From assembly GCA_951406725.2 (NCBI GenBank), contig OX597835.1, positions 24,676,001-24,740,000 of the forward strand: a stretch of 64,000 nt of DNA. Reading direction: 5' to 3'. The translations under genes were made by a program, and so were the position numbers. The stretch comes from Octopus vulgaris. Taxonomy: Eukaryota. Shown here in pieces: positions 1-14,862 of this stretch (the first letter of the stretch is position 1; each line of letters opens with the position of its first letter). The notes beneath the pieces are model-generated. The model was given only the letters and a program-made list of their open reading frames with translations. It did not search any database and was not told where the DNA came from.

Positions 1-37
<37 letters not shown>

Positions 38-185
38 AAGAAGAAGAAGAAGAAGAGGAGGAGGAGGAGGAGGAGGAGAAGAAGAAGAAGAAGAAGAAGA
101 AGAAGAAGAAGAAGAAGAAGAAGAAGAAGAAGAAGAAGAAGAAGAAGAAGAAGAAGAAGAAGAAGAAGAAGAAGAAGAAGAAGAA
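1..185. repeat. Compound trinucleotide microsatellite (GTA)n-(GAA)n-(GAG)n-(GAA)n
   Basis: Directly visible. Confidence 0.98.
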
Positions 186-717
186 GCTTTTTACTGGAGT
201 CGAGGACTCACATATATGATACAAAGAATAAAACGTCATGTAAAATGGGTTCGAAAACATGTGAGGTGATTTATATCCATACATACATAAACAAATTGAA
301 AACTCAATTGCACAAAAACAAATAAGGACAACCAACTTAGAACACAAAGAGAAGCCCCTAACTAGGCAAGATCAAGGATCAAGTCCATGACCCCAAGCAC
401 CATCCATTCTATCACCTTCTGCAAACTGAAACTTGCCTAAATGATGATGAACATCCCAGGCTATGGCCAAGCTGTGAAGAGTTTCACATTTATTGGGAAA
501 TGCTTGTTTCTTTCCCCCGTAGGTAGACCTTTGTTGTGGATTTTACTAACCGAGTATCATATTTTGATTCGATTTCATTCACGATGGACACAGTATCTTT
601 TACATTCTCCTTTAAGCTATTTGGTAATTCCGTCAGGTTCTCGTTATCATTTAGGGTGACCTATTATAAAATAAAAAAGGGCTAAAAACGAACGTCCTTC
701 ATCTGTACACTAATATA

Positions 718-1216
718 CAAGGTGCATTCCAGAAGTTTAGAGGCTTTTTCAGATGAGACATTCATTCATTTGAAAGACGAACGAAGTAGGATCTTTTGAT
801 TCCAATGCGCTTGTAGCCTCCCAGCCACTTCGCGAAGACCCCATTGAAGTCGTCCAAACTGAAGGGGCCCAGGACCTTTGTTACAGCCTCATTCATTTTC
901 AAAACGAATGTCCTTCAGGTTCTTCTCCGGCTTGAGGAAAACGCAAAAGTCACAGGGAGCAACGTCAAGACCGCAGGGAGGGCGAGGAGCAGGTTTGATG
1001 CCCATCTCTGTCAAGTAGTTCGCTACAAGGACGCTCGTCATTGAACACCCTAGCAACAAATTTTGCTTGTGTACAGACCTTCATCGTTAATTCTGTCTAT
1101 TATTGCCACAACAAATCCAAACCAAATTCTTTTATGTCCTTATAGACAGGTGATGGTCTTCATCCGGAAAACCGCAAATTTTCTCAATCAGTTCTGATGT
1201 TCTGACGTCCCTCTCC
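718..1216 (-). mobile_element. Decayed, internally deleted mariner transposon (3' TIR and C-terminal transposase)
   Basis: Minus strand reads EMGIKPAPRPPCGLDVAPCDFCVFLKPEKNLKDIRF (cf. mariner HPPYSPDLAPCDF). Terminus TA|CAAGGTGCATTCCAGAAG at 716-735; its GGTGCATTCCAGAAG core recurs inverted at 22886-22900. Confidence 0.85.
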
Positions 1217-1243
1217 ATCCCACTCTTCTCATTCTCTCTCATC

Positions 1244-1430
1244 GTCGGACAAAATGCTTAGCGGCTTTTCTTCCGGGTTTCTACGATCTGAGTTTAAATC
1301 ACGCCGAGGTCCATTTTGCCCATCATCTCTTAAGGAGGTCACAAAATAATGCATCAATCAAATATTAGGGACTGGGGGTCGTCGATGTAAGTAATCGATT
1401 TATCTGCTCTCCGTGTCCTCAAAATTGCGG
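1244..1430 (+). mobile_element. Degenerate family B SINE
   Basis: gtcggacaaaatgcttagcgg...ctgagtttaaatcacgccgaggtc aligns by eye to the intact copy at 5321. Confidence 0.65.
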
Positions 1431-1521
1431 CGCCTGGACCCTGCAATGGTCTGGCGTTCCATTCAAGGGCAATATTGTGATATCGGTCGCAGAGCGGATC
1501 ACTAGCCTTATCTAGGAATAC

Positions 1522-1586
<65 letters not shown>

Positions 1587-1587
1587 C

Positions 1588-1720
1588 TAGTGGCTATGGT
1601 GTTGCTCATACGCAGGGTGGTGCTTTCGATTCCCAGACCAGTGTTCTTGAGTCAAACACTTCATTTCACGTTGATCCAGTCTACTTAGCTGTAAATAGGT
1701 GACATCGAGGAAGTGCATTG
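1588..1720 (+). mobile_element. Degenerate family C SINE head and core
   Basis: B-box-like tttcgattccc, then gttcttgagtcaaacacttcatttcacgttg shared with 3541 and 59169. Confidence 0.6.
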
Positions 1721-1920
1721 TAATCAGCGGTGTATAACACGATGCTATATTATGGTGATACAACTATACACACACACACACTCGCACACATATGTAGAGA
1801 TAGATACAGAAAAGATAAATAAATAGATTGATAGATATATATTTGTACATATATATATACATTGAAGAGGAGGAAGGAGGGAGAGAGATGTATATATATA
1901 TATATATATTTTTTTTCTAC

Positions 1921-2400
<480 letters not shown>

Positions 2401-2722
2401 ATATTTATATAAAGGGCACAATCATTGAGCTTTCAATTATAAATGTGAAGACGGTTGACCAAGTTTTTAGTGTTTCTTCGAATTAGCTTGTCAAACGCCT
2501 TCGCCAAAACCTAGGATTCCTGTAGTGTTGAGTGAAGAATTAAATTGAAATTGTGTTCTTTAATGAAAACCATTCTGTCACAAGGTCTCTGTGGTGCTTT
2601 TTTGCTTCTACATCACTTCAAACAGCGCCATTTTATTAATTAAGAATTGCTTGGGCAGGAAGTACAAAAATGTGTGTGCATGTATGTATGTATGTATGTA
2701 TGTATGTATGTATGTATGTATG

Positions 2723-2773
<51 letters not shown>

Positions 2774-3011
2774 ATGTATTTATATATTTATGTGTGCACG
2801 TGGGTATGTATGTATTTATGCTTGTGTGAGTATGTATGTATCTATGTATATCTGTGTGTGTATGAATGTATAGATATGTGTATGTACGTATGTATGCATG
2901 TTTTGTACGTACGTACGTATGTATGTATGTTTGTAGGAGTGTATCTATATTCATGTACGTAGATGTGCATCTGAGATTGAATATGCATACGTGTGTAAGG
3001 TACACATCTGC

Positions 3012-3065
<54 letters not shown>

Positions 3066-3143
3066 CGCACACATGCACACACAGACATAGACATACAGAT
3101 AGATACATAAATACTTGCATACAACACACACACATACATACGT

Positions 3144-3305
3144 AAGGCAGCGAGTGGGAAGACATATTAGAGCGTTGGACAAAATGCCACGCTGTATTTA
3201 TCCCACCTCTGCACTCTGGGTTCAAATCCCGATAAGGTCAGTTTTTTTTGTTTTTTTTTTTCATTTCCTCCTCTCGTGGGTCAATGAAAAGTACCAGCTC
3301 AAGAC
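3144..3305 (+). mobile_element. Degenerate family B SINE
   Basis: aaggcagcgagtggg...gggttcaaatcccg...aagtaccag matches the family B head and core. Confidence 0.6.
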
Positions 3306-3540
3306 TGCCGATTAGTGGAACTTTTAGGGCGCTGAGGGAAATCACTTGCAGCATTGTTCCGGCCGGGAACTTTGCGACAGCAACGCCTGTAACGTCACTA
3401 GCGCTGGGCCGTATTGGGATCTGGCGGCCCGTTTTGGACAATACCGGTGGTGAGGGTGGGGTGGGAGCGGGGACGGCGACGGGAATCTTGCATTCTTGAG
3501 TACATTCTTGTCTACCGTAAAAATACACCTTGCATACGTG

Positions 3541-3790
3541 GAGGCACGTGACTTAGTGGTTAAAGTATTGAACTCATGATCGTAAGATTGTGGTTTCGAT
3601 TCCTGGCCCGGGCGACGCGTTGTGTTCTTGAGCAAAACACTTCTTTTCACGTTGCTACAGTTCACCCAGCTGACAAAAATGAGTTATCCTGCGATGGACC
3701 GGCGTCACGTCCAGGTGGGGAGTATACATGCCACAGAAACCGGGAAACCGGTCCTTGTGAGTCAGTATGACACAAGAAGGTAACTTTTAA
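3541..3790 (+). mobile_element. Family C tRNA-headed SINE
   Basis: A-box-like tgacttagtggt, B-box-like ggtttcgattcc, then ttgtgttcttgagcaaaacactt core shared with other copies. Confidence 0.8.
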
Positions 3791-3824
3791 CCTTGCATAT
3801 ACATGTGCCCATAACACATGGTGA

Positions 3825-4022
3825 ATCAGGATTGATGGAGGCAAGAGAGACTTAAGTATTTCGGGGCCACATTCACTAGGGATGGAAATCAGGAGGCTAG
3901 ATTGGATGCTGGGGTTGCAGGTGTTGGCGAAGTAACGCGCCAGCTGCAACATTCGATCCTCGGAAGAGGAGAGGTTAATAAAAAATTTTGAAAATCCAGT
4001 CAAACTTGCAATCTTCAATTCA
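3825..4022 (+). mobile_element. RTE-like LINE fragment just downstream of the RT core
   Basis: Reads LKYFGATFTRDGNQEARLDAGVAGVGEVTRQLQHSI...VKLAIFNS (cf. FKYLG..FTSDG...KL.IF). Confidence 0.65.
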
Positions 4023-4047
4023 GATGGTTAGTCATTCAATAGTAAGT

Positions 4048-4445
4048 CAAGAATTGCTTACTATTGAATGACTGACCAGCTGCAAAGATATCAACAAATT
4101 TTTTCTTCTATCTCTCCTTCTTCCTTTCCTTCTTTTTTTCTTTAACACATCTTTCAGATACAAAAAAACACACACGCACATACACACACTCACAAGACAA
4201 TGATAAAAAGGAAATCCAGACCATTTTTTGAAAAGTGACATTTTGCCCTCCCCCTTCCTGGAGTGACCAGCTGGGTTTGCCATTGCTAAAAGCCAAGAAT
4301 TACTTACTATTGAAAGCCTGACCAGCTGCAAAGATATCAACAATTTTTTTCTTCTTTCTCTCCTTCTTCTTCCTTGCCTTCTCTTTTTCTTTAACACCTC
4401 TTTCAGATACAAACACACACACACATACGCGCACACACACACACA
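4048..4445. repeat. Diverged direct duplication (about 4048-4190 vs 4295-4445)
   Basis: caagaatt(g/a)cttactattgaa...tgaccagctgcaaagatatcaacaa...ctttcagatacaaa occurs twice, about 247 bp apart. Confidence 0.9.
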
Positions 4446-5215
4446 CACGTACGCTCTCTCTCACTTTCTCCCTATTTCTCACCCTCTTGTATTATCTTAT
4501 ATCTCTCCCCACTCCAACACACTCAATAATACTATAAAAAGAGTCAAAATTCCTGCAAAAGTTCAATTTGACAACTGCACTAGAGTGGACGAAAGCGCTA
4601 ATATATATGATATATGATTTATAAAAACATGTAACATACTAATAAATATCTGTAAATATTAAACCATCCAGATTTCTGAGTACCTCATTTCTTCTGATAT
4701 ACATTTGTATATATATATCTATTTATTTATACATACACACAAGCATATATAAATATATGTACGTACGTTCATGTGTGTGTTGAATGTGCGTGCGTGAGTG
4801 TCTGTGTGAAATGACTATATATTTTGCAGTAAGTGACCTACTTCCTGATTAATTTGTCCCTAGTTTCACCAACTTTGAAACTGATCTGCTTGAGTCGCTG
4901 ATACGTGTAATCCAATTAAACAACAATAACAACAACATCAGCAACAACGACAACAACAACAGCAACAACCATATTTATAATGAAGTGGAGGCTGTCGAAT
5001 TCCGATCGAGAGTGTCTGTAAATTGAAATGAAAACCCGAAACACCAAAACGTGAATGAATAACAAAAAGAAAAAAAAAAAAAGAAAGAATCGCAAGCCCT
5101 AACCAGGGAGGAAGTCTTTGCGTTGGCGTTCGACCTGAAAGTTATAGTAACCAAATTCTACCTCAGATCACACTCTACCATCTTACAAAAAAAAAAACAG
5201 ATGTTTGAAAATGTT

Positions 5216-5506
5216 GTCGATAAATTAAGTACCAGTTCTGTACTGGGGTCGATCTAATCGGCTGGCCCCCCTCCCCCAAAATTTTGGGCCTTATGCCTAA
5301 AGTATATTCTAATATGAATAAGGCGGCGAGCTGGCAGAAACGTTAGCACGCCGGGCGAAATACTTTGCGGTATTTCGTCTGCTGCTACGTTCTGAGTTCA
5401 AATTCCGCCAAGGTCGACTTTGCCTTTCATCCTTTCGGGGTCGATAAATTAAGTACCAGTTCTGTACTGGGGTCGATCTAATCGACTGGCCTTGTGCCTA
5501 GAGTAG
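5216..5506 (+). mobile_element. Family B SINE (5321-5506, 9-bp TSD) preceded by a 3' fragment (5216-5305)
   Basis: Head aaggcggcgagctggcagaaacgttagc, B box gagttcaaattcc, core gtcgactttgcctttcatcctttcggggtcgataaa; TSD ATATGAATA at 5312-5320 and 5507-5515. Confidence 0.9.
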
Positions 5507-6288
5507 ATATGAATATTTTTCTAGCCATTGCTCATCGTCTCTTGTTAACCAAATCCAGTGGCTTGCTTTTTCCTCTGGTGGTATTTACTTTATGATGAAT
5601 TAGGCCTAACAATAACAACAGTCGCCTCACACTGTGTCCATAGAATCCTCTATATCCGATTTAGTTCTTGAATTTTCATTACTTATTTTATATTTTATAT
5701 CTAGGCCGTGTCCAGAAAACTAGAAAATACAGAAATCCGAGTCACTTCTTGGTCCCAAATTGCCACACAAATGGTCCGGTGCTGTACATAAGATAAGCAT
5801 GCTATATGACATACACGCGCACACACATACATATATTTCATACATGTGGTTTCAAGCATAGGCACATATACATATGCACAGACACTTTCATACTTAAATA
5901 CACACACAAAAAAGTACGCGCACATGTACACGTGCACACACACGCACGCACACGCACACACATATTCATTCGGTATGTGTGTGTATGTGCGTGCGTGTGT
6001 GTGTATGTGAACAGTTCCATGAATTTCTGAGTTTTTTTTTTCAACTTTGGCATTCGAGTACTATTTTCTCCATGCTATTTTGAAGCTATTGACAGATAGG
6101 AAGGCGGTCAGGCAGAAAGACAGACAGACAGTCAAATAGGTAGATAGGTAAATCAAGAACATTGCAAACGATTGAAGCACACATTCACACACACACATGC
6201 ACATATACATGAGTATTCGCGCACACACACACACGCACACACACATTCACACATACATACACACATATACACATCACAGACTCATAAA

Positions 6289-6785
<497 letters not shown>

Positions 6786-6916
6786 TACATTTGCAGAAAT
6801 AAGTTTGGGCATTCTAAATACCTTCACGTACAATCAAATCGATATAAAGAGTTATTACAGATACGTTTCAAGTGTGGTAGTATGGGTATTTATATTTTGT
6901 AGGTTATGAAATTTAT

Positions 6917-7306
6917 ACTCTTTTACTTGTTTCAGTCATTTGATTGCGGCCATGCTGGAGCACCGCCTTTAGTCGAGCAAATCGACCCCAGGACTTATTC
7001 TTTGTAAGCCTAGTATTTATTCTATAGGTCTCTTTTGCCGAACCGCTAAGTTACGGGGACATGAACACACCAACATCGGTTGTCAAGCAATGCTAGGGGG
7101 ACAAACACAGACACACAAACACATATATATACACATATATACGACGGGCTTCTTTCAGTTTCCGTCTACCAAATCCACTCACAAGACTTTGGTCGGCCCG
7201 AGGCTATAGTAGAAGACACTTGCCCAAAGTGTCACGCAGCGGGACTGAACCCGGAACCATGTGGTTGGTAAGCAAGCTACTTAGCACACACCCACTCCTG
7301 CGCCTA
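6917..7306 (-). mobile_element. Full-length family A SINE
   Basis: Reverse complement of 22018-22440 from head to gtaaaagagt tail. Confidence 0.95.
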
Positions 7307-7748
7307 TGTCTAGTATATTTAAATTCACACACATGCCAGCTCTCTCTCTCTCTATCTCCCACTCTCTCTCTCTCTCTCACACACATATACGCACACACGT
7401 ATACAGAACATAGAACTTTATTCCCTTATAAGATAAATAAGCGGAAAATAATTCAACAATGAAAAACTCTTAAATTCCTTTCCAAACCAAATAACTCCAA
7501 AATTTTTTTGCAAAAAATTATAAAAAAAGAAGAAAAAAAAAACGAAAAAATTTTAATTTATATACAAAAAGAAAAGTGTCTGCGATGGAAGTTTATTGGC
7601 CAAAAGACTTTTATGGTATACCGGAAGACGTTTTGACATTCCGGAAGCTAATGTAAGAAGACTACACCTCAGTCCCATTTCATAACCTTTTGCCGATCTA
7701 GACTTTCACACTAATTTCTCTCTCTTTTCTCCCCTTTCCCTCTGTCTG

Positions 7749-7801
<53 letters not shown>

Positions 7802-8235
7802 TTATTTATCTATCTTTCTGTCTCGTTCTATCTATTTTATCTTTTTGTCTTCCTTTCTCCAACATCCTATACCTCTTACTTTCTCTCTCTCTCTATCTCC
7901 CTCGTTCTGTTTCTGTCTTTCTTCCTCATTACTCCACCTCCATCTTTCGCTTTCCTCTCCGCTCCCTAAATCATTTTCTACACCAACTTCTGACCAAACA
8001 AGGATGGTTGCTTAGACCATCCTTCCCTTTGTCGTGAAAGAAGACATCCACCTGGTGATGAATAATCGCCAACGCTGAATAAGTTCTACGCGGAATTAGC
8101 TGCTACACACACACACACACATCAACATACCTTTCGGCCCGTTTCACACCATCACCACCTGCTCCAGGCACGGTAGGCCTAACAGGCTTTTTGGTCTAAT
8201 CACACTTCTTGCTTCTTCTCTCTTATTACTCTACT

Positions 8236-8701
8236 ACTCTTTTACTTGTTTCAGTCATTTGACTGTGGCCATGCTGGAGCACAGCCTTTTAGTCGAAGAA
8301 ATCGATCCCAGAACTTATTCTTTGTAAGTCTGGCACTTATTCAATCGGGGTGGTTTTATTTTTTGTCGAACTGCTAAGTTACGGGGACGTAAACGCACCA
8401 AATTCGGTTGTCAAGCATTAGGCCTAGCAAATCGACCCCAGGACTTACACTTTGTAAGCCTAGTACTGAGCCGCTAATTTACAGGGATGTCAACATACCA
8501 GCATCGGTTGACAAGCGATTGTGAGGGGACAAACACAGACACTCAAATACATACATACACACACACACACGACAAGCTTGTTTTCAGATTCCGCCTATCA
8601 AATCCAGTCACAAGGCAAGTAGAAGACACTTGCCTAAGACTGAACCCGGAACCGTGTGGTTGAGAAGCAAGCTGCTAACCACGCAGCCACTCCTCTGCCC
8701 T
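8236..8701 (-). mobile_element. Family A SINE with internal duplication of the 3' half
   Basis: Segment aaatcga..ccaggactta...cggttgtcaagc appears twice (about 8299-8418 and 8428-8518). Confidence 0.85.
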
Positions 8702-8772
8702 GCGTATTTATGTATGTATGTATGTATGTATGTATATATGTATGCATGTACGTATGTATGTGTGTATGTGTA

Positions 8773-8828
<56 letters not shown>

Positions 8829-8857
8829 ATCTATGTATGTATGTATGTATGTATGTA

Positions 8858-8907
<50 letters not shown>

Positions 8908-8956
8908 GGATGGGAGAAGAGGAGAACAGTGTTTACTATATGAGCAGCCAGTTTTA

Positions 8957-9322
8957 TCTCTCTATATATATAAACGGCAGTTTGTCTGTGTGTGTTTCTG
9001 TGTGTCTGTTAGCTTGTACCCTCACCCTGACCACGGCTTTCAACCGATTCTGATGAAACTTGACACACACATAGCCCAATGTCATAATTCAAAACTAACG
9101 CAGCGAAAATTTTGAAAAGTTCCCCCAGTTCTGAAAAAAATCGATAAATTCGACATGGGGTCGAGAATCAGAAACACAAACCACAGACTGTCTAGGGGAC
9201 GCAACTCAACCTTTTTAACTAAAAAAAAAAAATTTACCATCATTTTTTTGGCTATAACTCTCTAAAAATGCTTTATAGTTATTTCCCTTACAAACCCGAG
9301 CAACGCCGGGCGATACTGCTAG
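8957..9322 (+). mobile_element. Non-autonomous Helitron
   Basis: 5' TC, 3' hairpin cccgagcaacgccggg then CTAG, inserted between A and T with no TSD. Confidence 0.9.
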
Positions 9323-9709
9323 TTTCCTATATTATGAATATTGACGCCAGTTATTCTCAACAGGAATATTTTTTAGCTCCAAATTCTGCAATAGAATAAA
9401 ATAAAACTAATTTAGAACAAAACAAAATAAAATGAAATAAACCTGGTTCAACTTTTTATCGTGGAGACAGACAGTGTTAGGCATAAAAAAATCAAACACA
9501 AAAAATTGTGGGTCTTGATATTTAAGCAGAATAAATAAAGTAGCTTCTGGTGAGAATCGAACTTAGGTCGGTGGCATCGTTCACCGGAAGTGTTATGTAC
9601 ACCATTACTTTCACTACAGGGCACGCCACATGAAAGCGTTTCCTTTTTATCCCTTTCAACTTCCTTTCAGATGGAAGCTATTATTTACTTGCGTATATGT
9701 GCATCTGTG

Positions 9710-9752
<43 letters not shown>

Positions 9753-9943
9753 GTGCGTGTGTGTGTGTGTTTGTGTGTGTGTGTGTATGCATGCGTGTGT
9801 GCGTATGAGTGGATACATACACACACACATATATGTACGTATGTATGTATCTGTATATATTCAAACGCACGCACATATATTTATATATATGCATATAATA
9901 TATATATATATATATTTGCGTATGTATGTGTGTGTGTAAATGT

Positions 9944-10012
<69 letters not shown>

Positions 10013-10292
10013 TAGATAGATAGATAGCTTTATATGTATGTATGTATGCAGGTATAAGTATGTGTGTTTGTATGCATGTATGTATAGATATGAGTGAACG
10101 TATGTATAGTTCTGTGTGTACGTTCTGTGTATATATATATTTATGTTTTCTATATATATATATGTGCATTTATATATGTATGCGCGTTTTATAAATGGAT
10201 GCTTTTATGTATATATATATAAGCTTCGACACATACTTTACGAATTTATATATTTTTGAAAGCATATATTTATATATATGTTATTTCCCTTA

Positions 10293-10347
<55 letters not shown>

Positions 10348-10629
10348 CACACACACTCACTCACACACACACATATATACATACATATACATTTATAGAT
10401 GCGTATATGTATGTGTGTATATATACGTATGTATAGATTGTGTATGTTTTTATATATATTGAATGTATTTCTGTGTGTATATATACATATATGTAAGCAC
10501 ATTTGTACGTTTGGTCGTTTGTATTAGGTTATTTATAAGAATTTCCCAATAAAAGAAACAATACGTAAAAAGTGGGGAGTATGAAGGCAGGATCGCTTCT
10601 TCACAATCCACCTCATCACACCCTCCTTC

Positions 10630-10679
<50 letters not shown>

Positions 10680-11218
10680 CTCGGTCACAATATATATATA
10701 ATAAAAAAAAAGATGAGAATCAATGTGAAGATGAGTGTATTTCCTTTCAGAGGTATTCCGACCCCCAAAACTGTATTAACAATTCTTTCGTGGCGCCATC
10801 TTGAAAATGTGTTAACACGTTAAGTCACTTCCGGATTTCAAAGCCATTGCTTTGTTGCACGCAGTTTTGCTTCTTGCTCAATTCTTCTACTTCTCTACAT
10901 AGCTTCATACAATAACGTAAATACACATACACACACACGTATATATACATGCACGCTCTAACACATTCACACTCTCTTTAAGTAGCTATTCCTATTTACA
11001 TACATACACACATGCACACATACATACGTACATACATTTGTATGTGTGCCCGTACGTGCGAATGTATGCATATGAATGCACGTATGTTTATATGTATATG
11101 TACACATATAACTATGTGTGTGTGAGTGTATACACACATATACGAGGATGTATATAAGTACTAATGCATGCATTCATGCATGTATGCACATATATGAATA
11201 TTCATCCTTCAACCTACC

Positions 11219-11298
<80 letters not shown>

Positions 11299-11339
11299 AA
11301 TCCATGTACTTTATCTATCTATCTACCTATCTATCTATC

Positions 11340-11370
<31 letters not shown>

Positions 11371-11933
11371 CTATCTACTTTTCTTTCTACTTGTCTATCT
11401 ATCTGCCTATGTAGCTATTTATCTATCTGCCTATCTATCTATTTATCTATCTGCCTATCTATCTATTTATCTATCTACCTATCTACGCATGTATGTATGT
11501 ATATATACACAGAATGAATTGTTCATTAATAAAACATCTGAAGAACTCCCTCCGGCTAAAAACTTGAAGTAATAAAGCAAAGATGCTAACAAGAATAACA
11601 CAAACACACGAACACACACACATACACACACACACTAAACACACACTTACACAGACATACACACACAGACGTACACGAACCACACTCACACACACATGTT
11701 TATGTGTCTCATATAGATGTGTGTGCGTGTGTATGTGTTTGTGTGTGTAGTTATTCCATATTGTTTATGTTCTGTTACACTTCTTGTTTTACACTTCTAC
11801 AGGTTCCAGCTTGTGTATCACGGCCATGCTGGAACACCATCATCAATGCAGTTACAGCATTGCGTATGTATCTGGTAATTCGTTGAGTGTGTATATGAGT
11901 ATCTATGCATATATCTATGTAAGTGTATATGTG

Positions 11934-11980
<47 letters not shown>

Positions 11981-12023
11981 ATGCATGTATGTACACACAC
12001 ACACATATATATATATACATACT

Positions 12024-12078
<55 letters not shown>

Positions 12079-12232
12079 GTATGTCCAACATGGAGGCAAG
12101 TAACAATAATTCCAATTAGCAGAGTTGAAACAATTGTGAAGATCGTTTCACATGAAACCATTGGTAGCCTTGTTGTCCTACAAATAAACAGTATTAATCC
12201 ACCATTGTACTCATTCTCACTGTACGATATTA

Positions 12233-12293
<61 letters not shown>

Positions 12294-12489
12294 TAACCAG
12301 ACAGACAGACAGAAGGTTAGGTATGAGTAATGATGCATCTTTCCAGGTGCCAGTTATTAAGTTGTCAATAAAGTACAGCTGCTTGTTCAGATAAATCCAT
12401 AGAACTATCAGAACGAGAGAACAGAAAAGTATGATGGCCCTGGATAATTCGTTCTCATACGTGTAAATTGAACGACGCAACTCGAAGCA

Positions 12490-12610
12490 GACCGATAGGA
12501 TAAGAACTAGGCTTACAAAGAATAAGTCCTCGGGCCGATTTGTCCGACTAAAGACAGTGCTCCAGTATGGTCGCACTCAAATGGCTGAAACAAGTAACAG
12601 AATAAAATAC
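12490..12610 (+). mobile_element. Family A SINE 3' fragment
   Basis: gaccgataggataag...ggctgaaacaagtaacagaata. Confidence 0.8.
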
Positions 12611-13233
12611 ATCTGCACCTATGTATGTATGTATGTACGTATATATATAGGTGTATGTGTGTGTGTATACTGTATGTATGTATATATATATATATATATT
12701 GTATGTATATATGTATATATATTGTATATATATATGTATATATATTGTATATATATATGTATATATATATTGTATGTATAAATATATGTATATATGTGTA
12801 TATATATATATATGTGTGTGTGTATATATATATATATATACTGCATGCACATATATGTACGTATGTGTGTGTGCGCAGGTGTATGCGTGCGTGTATACGT
12901 ATATACGCGTGTGAAAGCATGTATGTAATTCTTTGAATTTTTTGCTTTGCTTCTGTTCACGAGACAAAGCCTTATCAATGGAATTCAGATGTTAAAAACA
13001 GAAAAAGAGTTCCGTTGCTGAATTTCAGGAAAGTCTTACATACTTTCGCTGTTTCGCTTACAGATTGAATTCGCAGAAAACGTGCTGGATCGCTTCTTGA
13101 TACACACACACACACACACACACACAGACACACACACACAAACACACACATCACATACAGATTGGTATTACCATCATTATCATAGTAGAAAAGATTGCTA
13201 TTATTATTAGTTATTTTTACTGTTATTATTGTT

Positions 13234-13284
<51 letters not shown>

Positions 13285-13834
13285 TTCATCATCATCATCT
13301 TCATCATCATCATCGTTGTTGTTGTTGTTGTTAACATAGCAGAAAGGCTTTTCATGCCAATTTTTTGCAAAATCTTGCATATTTCCGCAGTTCCGCTTAC
13401 AGACAGAATTTTCTGAATTCTTATTAAATCGACTCTGTAATTCCTGAATCTCAACTTTTACAGATGTATCTTTATATGTTATCTACTTTTTTTTCTTCTT
13501 GCAGTCACTGGACTGTGACCATGCTGGGGCACTTCTGTGAAGAATTTTAGTCGAATAATTTGGCCGCAATACTTATTCTAAAGTATGCTGCTTATACTAT
13601 TGGGTCTGTTGATTTGTTGGTTTGTTTACGTCCCTTAACTTAGCGGTTTGGCTTCCCAAACCACTAAGTAAACAAATCAACATGGGACTTATTACGGTGT
13701 GCAAGACAAACATAGGCACAAAGATGCGCACGCATATACATGTAATTCTTTTGGAGAATAATGGATCTCGAAGCACTATGAATAATTGCATGTAAGTATT
13801 GTTCCGTAATATATAATATATAATATCTATAAAT

Positions 13835-14030
13835 GTAATATGTGACAATTATTCGGTAGCCATGATAAAACTCCGAGTTTCAGATGCCGAGGTAGAAATC
13901 CACACCGCCATCTCTTCAGTTATCCGGCCATCAGAAAAATTCTATGAAAAATTACCGTTATACAAAGGGAAATTACTCTGTGATTGACCGTTATTAAGAC
14001 AAAAGAGCTATTTGAATGACCGCTAAGTGA
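13835..14030 (-). mobile_element. Penelope-type terminal fragment with hammerhead-like motif at 13864-13924
   Basis: Minus strand: GATAA CTGAAGA GATG...CATC T GAAACTCGGAGTT TTATC; abuts a TA-rich tract. Confidence 0.6.
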
Positions 14031-14219
14031 GGGAAGGGAGTAAAAGTAAGGGGATAAAAAAAAGTTCATAGTATTCACGTAAGCGCGCCTGTTCATACCT
14101 ATACATGCGCGCCCGGAAACACCCAGGTGCGTGCGCCTAAAAGTATACATTCATCCACCCTCACTTGAAAACGTACACATCCTCACTCTCACCATGTGTA
14201 CATTTTACACACCTCATAC

Positions 14220-14862
14220 AAAACACACATATACACACACACACATCTACACACACATATAAACATATAGACACACACAACTATACACACATACAACACA
14301 CACATCTACAACACATATACTTACATACAACACTCACATCTACACACACATATACACACACACGACACACACATCTACACACTCATATACACACATCTAC
14401 ACAGGCATATACACACATACAACACACATCTACACGCACATATACACACATACACCACATATCTACACATACACATATACATACATACAACACACATACA
14501 ACAAACATATATACATACAACACACACAGCTACATACATATCAACACACACATATATACACATACAGCACACACATATACATACATACAACACACACACA
14601 TATATACACACATACAACACACATATCTCCACTTATATCCACAAAAACACATGCATACATACACATACATACACATCTATATACATCCAAGAAACACATA
14701 CACATAGATACACGCATAACTCCACGCATATCTACACAAACATCTACACACCTATACACACGTATCTACGCACACATACACATCTACTCATATCCACACA
14801 TTCATCTACACGTATACACACACATCCATGCGCATTTACACATAGACACACACACACACACC
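14220..14862. repeat. Degenerate CA/TA low-complexity tract with recurring cacatcta units
   Basis: Directly visible. Confidence 0.9.

Noticed and set aside
9540-9630. tRNA-like B box (GTTCGATTC) on the minus strand
   Set aside because: No cloverleaf; at most an old SINE head.
13030-13420. Two related ~50-bp segments (cgc.gtt.cgcttacaga)
   Set aside because: Old local duplication with no further structure.
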